Under the pieces are notes generated by a model. That model was given only the letters and a program-made list of their open reading frames with translations, ran no database searches and had not been told where the DNA came from. Of a stretch of 64,000 nt of DNA, positions 52,446-60,603 are shown one piece after another; position 1 is the stretch's first letter, and the number at the start of each line of letters is the position of its first letter. This stretch comes from an uncultured Lachnospiraceae bacterium. GTDB taxonomy: Bacteria > Bacillota > Clostridia > Oscillospirales > CAG-272. The stretch covers positions 915 through 64,914 of the forward strand of contig CAZBAR010000008.1 of assembly GCA_964490165.1 (NCBI GenBank), written 5' to 3'. The translations under genes and the position numbers were made by a program.

Positions 52446-54548
52446 TTATTCAGCACCGAGTGCGTCTTTTCTGGAGAGATTCATTCTGCCTCTCTCGTCA
52501 ACGCCCAGGAACTTGACCTTCATAGTATCGCCGACATTGCAAACGTCCTCTACCTTTTCGGTACGCTTATTATCAAGCTTGGAGATGTGTACAAGGCCCT
52601 CCTTACCGGGAGCAAACTCAACAAATGCGCCGATAGGAATAATTCTTGTTACAACACCCTCGTAAATAGCGCCTGCCTCAGGCTCGAACACGATGCCGTC
52701 GATTATCTTCTTTGCAGCTGCAATAGCATTCTTATCAACCGCGGAGATAAATACGCTGCCGTCGTCCTCGATATCGATCTTAGCGCCGGTATCAGCGGTG
52801 ATCTTCTGAATGACCTTACCGCCCGAACCGATGACCTCACGGATCTTGTCTACGGGGATCTTCATAGAGATCATCTTGGGAGCGTACTCAGAAACCTCCT
52901 CGCGGGGAGCGGGAATAGCCTTGAGCAGAACCTCGTCGATGATATAGTCACGGCCCTTGTGAGTTACCTCAAATGCCTCGCGGATGATCTCAGGTGTAAG
53001 ACCGTCGATCTTCAGGTCCATCTGAATAGAGGTGATACCCTTGTGAGTACCTGCGACCTTAAAGTCCATATCGCCGTAGAAGTCCTCAAGACCCTGAATA
53101 TCGATCATGGTCATAAAGTCGTCGCTGTCCTCAGCGGTAATAAGACCGCAGGAGATACCTGCAACGGGAGCCTTGATCGGAACGCCTGCGTCCATAAGTG
53201 CAAGGGTAGAACCGCAAACTGAGCCCTGAGAGGTAGAACCGTTAGAGGAAACGACCTCGGAAACAAGGCGGATAGCGTAGGGGAACTCCTCTACAGAGGG
53301 AAGCACGGGAACGAGAGAGCGCTCTGCCAGTGCGCCGTGGCCGATCTCGCGGCGTCCGGGGCTTCTGGAAGCCTTAGCCTCGCCTACAGAGTAGCCGGGC
53401 ATATTGTAGTGGTGCATATATCTCTTGGACTCTTCTTCCCAAATGGTGTCCAGCAGCTGTTCTTCGCTGATAGGACCGAGAGTAGCCATTGTCAGCACCT
53501 GAGTCTGACCTCTGGTGAACAGACCTGAGCCGTGCACTCTGTTGAAAAGTCCGACTTCTGCTGCCAGGGGACGGATCTCGTCCATTCTTCTGCCGTCAAC
53601 ACGCTTCTTGTCAACAAGCAGCCAGTGACGGACGATCTTTTTCTGAATTTTATAAATAAGCTCGGGATATACGGTTTCAAGATCAGGATACTTTTCAAGG
53701 AAAGCTTCCATAACCTTATCCTGAATAGGCTCCATTCTCTCATCACGGACGTTCTTGTCGTCGGTATCAAGAGCTGCCTTTACATCTTCCTCAACATATG
53801 CGAAGATCTCGTCGAACATATCGTGGTCAAGCTCGCCTGACTCATATGTGAACTTAGGCTTACCGACCTCATCAACGATGTTGTTGATAAATACGAGAAG
53901 CTGTCTGATGACTGCGTGTGCAAGCATAATAGCGTTGAACATATCGTCATCGGAAACTTCCTTAGCGCCTGCCTCGATCATTACGACCTTTTCGCGGCTT
54001 GCAGCAACAGTCAGCTCAAGCACGCTGTTCTCACGCTGCTTCTGAGTGGGGTTTACCATCAGCTTTCCGTCCTCGGTCATACCCATGAAAACGCCGCCGA
54101 TAGGGCCGTTCCAGGGAATGTCGGAGATAGACAGAGCGATAGACGCACCGATCATAGCAGTGATCTCAGGGCTACAATCGTAGTCAACAGACAGAACTGT
54201 GAGAGAAACGTTTACGTCGTTGCGCAGATCCTTAGGGAACAGGGGGCGCAGGGGACGGTCGATAACACGGGAGGTAAGGATAGCCTTCTCGCCGGGTCTG
54301 CCCTCTCTCTTGAGGTAACCGCCGGGCAGTCTGCCGACAGCGTACATTCTCTCCTCGAAGTCAACGGAAAGGGGCAAAAAGTCGATACCGTCACGGGGAC
54401 GTGCGCTTGCAGTAGCGCAAGCAAGTACGGCGGTCTCGCCGTAGCGAACGATACATGAGCCGTTTGCAAGACCTGCTACCTTACCGATCTCAACGATAAG
54501 AGGTCTGCCTGCAAGCTCAAACTTGTAGGTTTTGTAATTCTCAAACAC
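52446..54548 (-). CDS. pnp: Polyribonucleotide nucleotidyltransferase (PNPase)
   Basis: 700 aa. Two RNase PH domains followed by KH (IREVIGSGGKVIQKI) and S1 (GAIYEGVVTRIIPIGAFVEF). GTG start lies 9 nt after GGAGG. Confidence 0.96.
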   Translation of the reverse strand: MFENYKTYKFELAGRPLIVEIGKVAGLANGSCIVRYGETAVLACATASARPRDGIDFLPLSVDFEERMYAVGRLPGGYLKREGRPGEKAILTSRVIDRPLRPLFPKDLRNDVNVSLTVLSVDYDCSPEITAMIGASIALSISDIPWNGPIGGVFMGMTEDGKLMVNPTQKQRENSVLELTVAASREKVVMIEAGAKEVSDDDMFNAIMLAHAVIRQLLVFINNIVDEVGKPKFTYESGELDHDMFDEIFAYVEEDVKAALDTDDKNVRDERMEPIQDKVMEAFLEKYPDLETVYPELIYKIQKKIVRHWLLVDKKRVDGRRMDEIRPLAAEVGLFNRVHGSGLFTRGQTQVLTMATLGPISEEQLLDTIWEEESKRYMHHYNMPGYSVGEAKASRSPGRREIGHGALAERSLVPVLPSVEEFPYAIRLVSEVVSSNGSTSQGSVCGSTLALMDAGVPIKAPVAGISCGLITAEDSDDFMTMIDIQGLEDFYGDMDFKVAGTHKGITSIQMDLKIDGLTPEIIREAFEVTHKGRDYIIDEVLLKAIPAPREEVSEYAPKMISMKIPVDKIREVIGSGGKVIQKITADTGAKIDIEDDGSVFISAVDKNAIAAAKKIIDGIVFEPEAGAIYEGVVTRIIPIGAFVEFAPGKEGLVHISKLDNKRTEKVEDVCNVGDTMKVKFLGVDERGRMNLSRKDALGAE

Positions 54549-54672
54549 TGTGAAAATCCTCCTTGATTTTATTCTTCTTTATTTTGAAACTGCCTCCGGA
54601 GGGTTTAGCACTTAAATATACCGTAAATCATTTTACAGCATATTTAACTGCTAATCCGCCGCGGAGGAAATC

Positions 54673-54716
54673 AGCTTATAAAAATTTAGGCTGCGGCAGT
54701 AAACTGCCGTGGCCGT
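54673..54716. repeat. 44-bp direct repeat, copy 1 (rpsO-pnp spacer)
   Basis: AGCTTATAAAAATTTAGGCTGCGGCAGTAAACTGCCGTGGCCGT, identical at 42 of 44 positions to 54902-54945. Confidence 0.9.
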
Positions 54717-54901
54717 AACTTGTCGAAAAACCTAACGGTTTTTCCGACAGAAAGCTCCGTACGCTCGCGCCGTCGCGCCTCGAAGCTTCACTTCTCGACA
54801 CTCGTGGAGCTGTAAGGAGTGGGCTATCGGCGGTACACGCCCGCCTTGCCCACATATTTTTTAATTTGAATAGTTTTTTGCTTACACCTGTTTGCGAACA
54901 G

Positions 54902-54945
54902 AGCTTATAAAAATTTAGGCTGCGGCAGTAAACTGCCGCAGCCGT
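54902..54945. repeat. 44-bp direct repeat, copy 2; contains the probable rpsO terminator hairpin
   Basis: AGCTTATAAAAATTTAGGCTGCGGCAGTAAACTGCCGCAGCCGT. The hairpin is GGCTGCGGCAG-TAAA-CTGCCGCAGCC. Confidence 0.9.
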
Positions 54946-54994
54946 TTTGGGCGTGACATTTCAGCCCGTCGGCAATTTTTCTTTTTCGGAAAAA

Positions 54995-55261
54995 TTACTT
55001 TCTCAGGCCGAGCTTTTCAACGATAGCGCGGTAACGCTCGATGTCGATCTTCTGAAGATATGCAAGAAGATTACGGCGGTGGCCGACCATCTTAAGAAGT
55101 CCGCGGCCGGAGTGATAGTCCTTCTTGTTCTGCTTCATATGCTCGGTAAGGGTCTTGATTCTGTAGGTCAGAATAGCGATCTGAACCTCGGGGGAACCTG
55201 TGTCACCCTCATGAGTCTTGTACTCTTCGATGATCTTTGCTTTTTCTTCTTTGGTAATCAT
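54995..55261 (-). CDS. rpsO: 30S ribosomal protein S15
   Basis: [66 protein letters not shown] 55261 lies 6 nt after GAGGTG. Confidence 0.95.
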   Translation of the reverse strand: MITKEEKAKIIEEYKTHEGDTGSPEVQIAILTYRIKTLTEHMKQNKKDYHSGRGLLKMVGHRRNLLAYLQKIDIERYRAIVEKLGLRK

Positions 55262-55373
55262 TGTTTTCACCTCTTAAAAATATTACAAAAACCGTGCATC
55301 TCAGGCAGCGGCGGGTGAAAGCTCCTCTGAAAGGACCTGTCTCCGCAGTCCGGGACGCCGATATTGCCTGTAT

Positions 55374-55402
55374 ATTGTATCACAACAAAGCGGCGTTGTA
55401 AA
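55374..55402 (-). promoter_or_regulatory. Candidate promoter of rpsO
   Basis: Minus strand TTTACA-17 nt-TACAAT, leaving a ~105-nt leader before the rpsO ATG. Confidence 0.55.
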
Positions 55403-55436
55403 GAGCTTTTTCGCAATTTTCCTTTGTTTTATTTAT

Positions 55437-55817
55437 TCATCTTGACTTCGGACGAAAAAAGCTTCGCCGAAGCACCATACAGCCTGCAAATATCAGCATT
55501 GCGCCGAACAGTTTGCGGATCAACCCGGGATCACAGACCGACGCCGTCAGCGAGCCCATATATGCAAACAGCATTCCTACCGACGAGCAGAACAGAATGG
55601 CAGGATAGTTTATTTTTCTTTTTACGGAATGGTAGAACAGCGACGCTGCCGACGCGAAAATAAAGAAATAAAGATTTACGCCTTGCGCACTCAGCTGATC
55701 CACGCCTCGCAAAAGAGTCAGATATATGACCAAAAGTCCCCCGCCGCCGATACCCATTCCCGACAGTGCCCCGATCAGAAACGCCGCAATAATATCAGCA
55801 ATTATCATACAAGCCAC
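55437..55817 (-). CDS. TauE/SafE-family membrane protein, half-size (126 aa)
   Basis: Four predicted TM helices. GALSGMGIGGGGLLVIYL is typical of TauE/SafE. No partner half-gene lies adjacent. Confidence 0.6.
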   Translation of the reverse strand: MACMIIADIIAAFLIGALSGMGIGGGGLLVIYLTLLRGVDQLSAQGVNLYFFIFASAASLFYHSVKRKINYPAILFCSSVGMLFAYMGSLTASVCDPGLIRKLFGAMLIFAGCMVLRRSFFRPKSR

Positions 55818-55980
55818 ACACTTTCTTTCATATTTATATTAGTTTGCACAGCGGAAGAAGATACAATTCAATTTTTTTAGAACAAAATGTTCTATATGGC
55901 AAATTCCGGCTTGTGTTCTGATATAATTGCCTTACAGATCAAAAGCATCGAATAGATTCAAACAGAAAGGCAGATATGAA

Positions 55981-56238
55981 ATGAGTAAAATGACTGATCG
56001 CGTTGACAAGCTGATGGCTGATATGAATCGGCTGCCTCTGAAAGCGAAAGACGCAATGATATGGCTGATTGAAAATATAGATATTGTAAATGAAATAACA
56101 GATGGTGAAAATCTTACTCCCGAAGCAGCAGAAAAATATCAAAAAATAGCTTTAGAAAAAGAAGATTTTGTAATGTGGGGACTGATACAATATCAACAAA
56201 TCAAAATAGGTGTTGACAAAACGGAAAAAAACGTGTAA
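55981..56238 (+). CDS. Hypothetical protein (85 aa)
   Basis: MSKMTDRVDKLMADMNRLPLKAKDAMIWLIENIDIVNEI... The track ORF starts at 55927, but ATG 55981 has a weak purine-rich stretch upstream. No family was recognised. Confidence 0.4.
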   Translation: MSKMTDRVDKLMADMNRLPLKAKDAMIWLIENIDIVNEITDGENLTPEAAEKYQKIALEKEDFVMWGLIQYQQIKIGVDKTEKNV

Positions 56239-56252
56239 AATAAAGGTGTAAG
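56224..56252 (+). promoter_or_regulatory. Promoter of the candidate antisense sRNA
   Basis: TTGACA-17 nt-TAAAAT. The -10 element overlaps the stop codon of the 85-aa ORF. Confidence 0.6.
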
Positions 56253-56258
56253 AGCTAC

Positions 56259-56349
56259 CGGAGACGGTTGCTCCCTTCTAAACGATTAAAGAAATAACCG
56301 CTAAGTTGGTCGCTGGGCGGTTATTTCTTTTTATTTTCATGATTTATTA
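56259..56349 (+). ncRNA. Candidate antisense (antitoxin) sRNA, ~90 nt, convergent with the toxin mRNA
   Basis: The TTGACA-17-TAAAAT promoter (56224-56252) predicts a +1 at G56259. A hairpin GAAATAACCGC...GCGGTTATTTC followed by a T-run ends near 56349. The RNA is fully complementary to the 3' UTR and last codons of the peptide mRNA. Confidence 0.5.
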
Positions 56350-56424
56350 TACAATTCACTAATGCAACAATAAATGTAGCTAACAGTATCAACTGTTCGA
56401 GTGTTATGTACATTATAACCACCT
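56332..56424 (-). CDS. Candidate type I toxin: 30-aa hydrophobic peptide MYITLEQLILLATFIVALVNCIINHENKKK
   Basis: Not in the >=60-aa track. ATG lies 8 nt after GAGGGGAGG. A single TM-length hydrophobic stretch is followed by a Lys tail. It has its own near-consensus promoter and extensive flanking RNA structure. Confidence 0.6.
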
Positions 56425-56526
56425 CCCCTCGTTTATGAAGGGAGATATAAAAGAAATATATTCCCTTCTGTTAGGAAGGGAGCAACCGCCACCGTTTGAT
56501 AGCTCTTACGCTGATATTATACCACT

Positions 56527-56555
56527 GAATGTCGAATTTTGTAATATATTACTTA
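56527..56555 (-). promoter_or_regulatory. Promoter of the candidate toxin mRNA
   Basis: Minus strand TTACAA-17 nt-(TGg)TATAAT. Predicted +1 is G56520. Confidence 0.6.
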
Positions 56556-56576
56556 TCCAATTACCTTTTAAGGCCC

Positions 56577-56665
56577 CTCGAAAACCTTTTGAATAAACCA
56601 TTTTCCTGAAAGGTTTTCGGGGGGTCGGGGGACTTTTCCTCAAAAAGTCCTCCGATACTTATTCC
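56577..56665. repeat. Intergenic repeat, family 2 (copy I, extended)
   Basis: CCCCTCGAAAACCTTT..AAAGGTTTTCGGGGGG long hairpin followed by GGGGGACTTTTCCTCAAAAAGTCCTCC. Confidence 0.65.
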
Positions 56666-56714
56666 AAACAAAAAGCTATCCGCCGATACGGCGGATAGCT
56701 TTTTATTTATCAGC

Positions 56715-59700
56715 TTATTCGTAAAGCTTGCCCATCTTCTGGAGTCTTTCGTATCTTGCCTTTGCAGCTGCCTCTGCCTTTGCGAAGAGCTGTGCGCTTC
56801 TCTCGGGGAAGGACTGTGCAAGACGAGCGTAACGAGCCTCGTTCTTGATGAATTCCTGATAGTCGCCGGTAGGCTCCTTGGAATCTATAGTAAGCTTGTT
56901 TGATTCAAGGGTAGGATTGTATCTGAACATATGCCAGTAACCTGCCTCAACTGCCTTCTTCATCTCGAGCTGGCAGTTCTGCATTCCGCCCTTCTTAATG
57001 CCGTGCATCTCGCAGGGTGCGTAGCCGATGATCAGAGAAGGACCGTGGTAAGCCTCAGCTTCCTTCATTGCCTTCAGAGTCTGATTCATGTCAGCGCCCA
57101 TAGCGATCTGTGCAACGTAAACGTAGCCGTAGGACATAGCGATCTCTGCAAGGTTCTTCTTGCCGATAGCCTTACCTGCTGCTGCGAACTGTGCAACCTG
57201 ACCGATGTTGGAAGCCTTGGAAGCCTGACCGCCGGTATTGGAGTAAACCTCGGTATCGAATACCATAACGTTTACGTCCTCGCCGCTTGCAAGTACGTGG
57301 TCAAGACCGCCGAAGCCGATATCGTATGCCCAGCCGTCGCCGCCGAAGATCCACACGGACTTCTTGGACAGATAATCCTTCTCAGCGAGGATCTTCACTC
57401 TGAGACCCTTGCAGCAATCGCAGGTGCAAGCCTCAAGCATTGCAACGAGAGCCTTTGTAGCCTCAGTGTTCTTCTCGCCGTCATCAAGAGTATCGAGATA
57501 TGCGTCGATAACAGCCTTCTTCTCGTCGTCGCTTACGATCTCGCGAAGCTCCTTAACGTAGCCTACAAGCTTCTCGCGGATAGTCTTCTGACCGAGAGCC
57601 ATACCGAGACCGTGCTCAGCGTTATCCTCGAACAGGGAGTTAGCCCATGCGGGACCCTTGCCTGTCTCGCGGTTTACGGTGTAAGGAGTTGAAGGTGCGC
57701 TGCCGCCCCAGATAGAGGAGCATCCGGTAGCGTTGGATATATACATTCTCTCGCCAAAGAGCTGAGTAATGATACGAGCGTAAGAAGTCTCTGCACAGCC
57801 TGCGCATGAGCCGGAGAACTCGAGCAGGGGCTGTTTGAACTGGCTACCCTTAACGGTTGCGTTGATAAGCTCGGGCTTTTCGCTGACATTTGCAACAGCA
57901 TAGTCAAATACTGCCTGCTGGTCAAGCTGAGTAGCCTGAGGAACCATCTCGATAGCTCTCTTTTCGGGCTTTGTGGGACAAACCTTAACACAGAGGGTAC
58001 AGCCCATACAGTCAAGAGGACTGACAGCCATAGTGAACTTATAATTTGTCTTAACAACAGGTCTTGCAGCGAACTTGGTCTGTGCGGGAGCCTTAGCTGC
58101 CTCGTCCTCAGTCATAGCGAAGGGACGGATGGTAGCGTGAGGACATACAAACGCACACTGGTTACACTGAATACAGTTTTCTGCGTGCCATACGGGAACC
58201 ATAACTGCAACGCCGCGCTTCTCATATGCGGCAGCGCCCTGCGGGAATGTACCGTCTGCCATATCCTTGAATGCGGAAACGGGCAGGCTGTCGCCGTCCA
58301 TCTTGCCTACAGGAGTAACAACAGTGTTGACAAACTTAACAAGCTCTTCTCTCTCGCCGACTACAGGAGCATCGGGAGCAGTCTCGCCTGCGTTCTTCCA
58401 CTCAGCGGGAACGTCTACCTTTACAAGCGCGCCTGCGCCCATATCGATAGCCTTATGGTTCTGAGCAACGACTTCCTCGCCGAACTTGGAGTAGGACTTG
58501 GTAGCCATATACTTCATATATTCAACAGCCTCGTCCAGGGGCATGATCTTTGCAAGCGCGAAGAATGCGGACTGGAGAATGGTGTTCTTAACCTTGGGAT
58601 TGCCTACCTCGTTCTTAGCAATAGCGGTAGCGTTGATGATATAGAACTGAACATCGTTATTTGCGATGTAGGACTTAACGGAAGCGGGCAGATGCTCGTC
58701 CAGCTCCTCGGGAGTCCACTGGCAGTCAAGCAGGAATGTGCCGCCGGGCTTTACATCGTTTACGATCTTATATCCCTTGAGGATGTAAGAGGGGTTATGG
58801 CAAGCAACAAAGTTTGCCTTGTTGATGTAGTAAGGGCTCTTAATAGCCTTGTCACCGAAGCGCAGGTGGGAAATTGTGATACCGCCTGTCTTCTTGGAGT
58901 CATACTGGAAGTATGCCTGAATATACTTATCGGTATGGTCGCCGATGATCTTGATAGAGTTCTTGTTAGCACCAACGGTACCGTCGCCGCCCAGGCCCCA
59001 GAACTTGCACGCGATAGTGCCGGCAGGAGCGGTATCGGGAGCGGGCTTCTCTTCAAGAGAAAGACCGGTAACATCGTCTACGATGCCGATAGTAAAGTTG
59101 TTCTTGGGAGCGTCTGCGTTGAGGTTCTCGTAAACTGCGAAAACGGAAGCAGGGGTTGTGTCCTTAGAACCGAGACCGTAACGGCCGCCTACAACAGTCT
59201 TGTCAGTTACGCCCTTGGAAGCAAGAGCAGCAACAACGTCAAGATACAGAGGCTCGCCCAGTGCGCCGGGCTCCTTTGTTCTGTCGAGAACTGCGATCTT
59301 CTTTGCAGTTTCGGGAATAGCCTTAAGAAGGTTATCAGCAACGAAAGGTCTGTAAAGACGGACCTTAACAAGACCTACCTTTTCGCCTGCTGCGTTCATG
59401 TAGTCGATGACCTCTTCTGCAACGTCGCAGATAGAGCCCATAGCAATGATAACGCGGTCAGCGTCAGGTGCGCCGTAGTAGTTAAAGGGCTTGTAGTCTG
59501 TACCCAGCTTAGCGTTTACCTTATCCATGTACTTCTCAACGATCGCGTGAAGTGCGTCATAGTAGGGGTTGCAAGCCTCTCTGTGCTGGAAGAAGATATC
59601 GCCGTTTTCAGCGGAGCCGCGGAGAACGGGATGCTCGGGGTTGATAGAACGCTTTCTGAACGCGTCAACAGCGTCCATATCTACCATTTCCTTCAGGTCC

Positions 59701-60287
59701 TCGTAGTCCCATGCTTCGATCTTCTGGATCTCGTGAGAGGTACGGAAGCCGTCGAAGAAGTTGAGGAAAGGAACTCTGCCCTCGATAGTAGCAAGGTGAG
59801 CAACTGCGCCCAGATCCATTACTTCCTGGGGGTTAGTCTCAGCCAGCATAGCAAAACCGGTCTGACGGCAAGCGTATACGTCGGAGTGATCGCCGAAGAT
59901 GTTCAGCGCGTGGGACGCTACGCAGCGTGCGGAAACGTGGATAACGCAGGGAAGCAGCTCGCCTGCGATCTTATACATATTGGGGATCATCAGCAGAAGA
60001 CCCTGTGACGCAGTGTAGGTGGTGGTAAGCGCACCTGCTGCAAGAGAACCGTGAACAGCACCAGCTGCGCCGGCCTCGGACTGCATCTCCATAACCTTAA
60101 CGTTTTCGCCGAAAATATTCTTTGCGGGCTCGCCGAATATGTTCTTATTCGTAGCGGACCAGGTGTCTGTTACCTCTGCCATAGGAGAGGAAGGGGTGAT
60201 GGGGTAAATTGCGGCAACTTCCGTAAACGCATATGATACGTGCGCGGCGGCGGTGTTACCGTCCATGGAAACTTTTCTTCTTGCCAT
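56715..60287 (-). CDS. nifJ: Pyruvate:ferredoxin (flavodoxin) oxidoreductase
   Basis: 1190 aa, MARRKVSMDGNTAAAHVSYAFTEVAAIYPITPSSPMAE. Two 4Fe-4S motifs, CIQCNQCAFVCP and CMGCTLCVKVCP. TPP site GGDGWAYDIGFGG. Confidence 0.96.
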   Translation of the reverse strand: MARRKVSMDGNTAAAHVSYAFTEVAAIYPITPSSPMAEVTDTWSATNKNIFGEPAKNIFGENVKVMEMQSEAGAAGAVHGSLAAGALTTTYTASQGLLLMIPNMYKIAGELLPCVIHVSARCVASHALNIFGDHSDVYACRQTGFAMLAETNPQEVMDLGAVAHLATIEGRVPFLNFFDGFRTSHEIQKIEAWDYEDLKEMVDMDAVDAFRKRSINPEHPVLRGSAENGDIFFQHREACNPYYDALHAIVEKYMDKVNAKLGTDYKPFNYYGAPDADRVIIAMGSICDVAEEVIDYMNAAGEKVGLVKVRLYRPFVADNLLKAIPETAKKIAVLDRTKEPGALGEPLYLDVVAALASKGVTDKTVVGGRYGLGSKDTTPASVFAVYENLNADAPKNNFTIGIVDDVTGLSLEEKPAPDTAPAGTIACKFWGLGGDGTVGANKNSIKIIGDHTDKYIQAYFQYDSKKTGGITISHLRFGDKAIKSPYYINKANFVACHNPSYILKGYKIVNDVKPGGTFLLDCQWTPEELDEHLPASVKSYIANNDVQFYIINATAIAKNEVGNPKVKNTILQSAFFALAKIMPLDEAVEYMKYMATKSYSKFGEEVVAQNHKAIDMGAGALVKVDVPAEWKNAGETAPDAPVVGEREELVKFVNTVVTPVGKMDGDSLPVSAFKDMADGTFPQGAAAYEKRGVAVMVPVWHAENCIQCNQCAFVCPHATIRPFAMTEDEAAKAPAQTKFAARPVVKTNYKFTMAVSPLDCMGCTLCVKVCPTKPEKRAIEMVPQATQLDQQAVFDYAVANVSEKPELINATVKGSQFKQPLLEFSGSCAGCAETSYARIITQLFGERMYISNATGCSSIWGGSAPSTPYTVNRETGKGPAWANSLFEDNAEHGLGMALGQKTIREKLVGYVKELREIVSDDEKKAVIDAYLDTLDDGEKNTEATKALVAMLEACTCDCCKGLRVKILAEKDYLSKKSVWIFGGDGWAYDIGFGGLDHVLASGEDVNVMVFDTEVYSNTGGQASKASNIGQVAQFAAAGKAIGKKNLAEIAMSYGYVYVAQIAMGADMNQTLKAMKEAEAYHGPSLIIGYAPCEMHGIKKGGMQNCQLEMKKAVEAGYWHMFRYNPTLESNKLTIDSKEPTGDYQEFIKNEARYARLAQSFPERSAQLFAKAEAAAKARYERLQKMGKLYE

Positions 60288-60603
60288 GAATAATCCTCCT
60301 GAATTATATGAATTAGTTTTTAACTGTTAAGCATTGTATGCCGCGCCTCGTCACAGTCTCGGCATACTACAAGTATTATACTACTCTTTTTCTTCATTGT
60401 AAATAACGAATTTCGGAAAAATTGCAAATTAAGCTGTGTTAATTTCTGTTTTTCAACATTTCTTCGGAAATGTACCGAAAAAATTCAGAAAATAAATTGT
60501 TCCGGTTCATTTGAAAGTATTGCGTTGAATAATATTGACTTTGTCAAAGAATCTGTTTATAATTCAAATATACGATAAATGCAGAAAGCGAGGGCACACG
60601 ATC

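Noticed and set aside
54717-54901. Possible ~59-aa minus-strand ORF (MWARRACTADSPLL...) inside the rpsO-pnp insert
   Set aside because: It has no SD, an Arg/Ser/Ala-rich composition, and runs through the repeat hairpin. It is more likely non-coding.
58137-60008. 623-aa plus-strand ORF opposite PFOR; likewise 52419-53222(+) opposite pnp, 61194-62069(-) opposite the ThuA-like gene, and 62462-63289(+) opposite trkH
   Set aside because: Each is antisense to a confidently identified conserved gene and lacks start signals. They are shadow ORFs.
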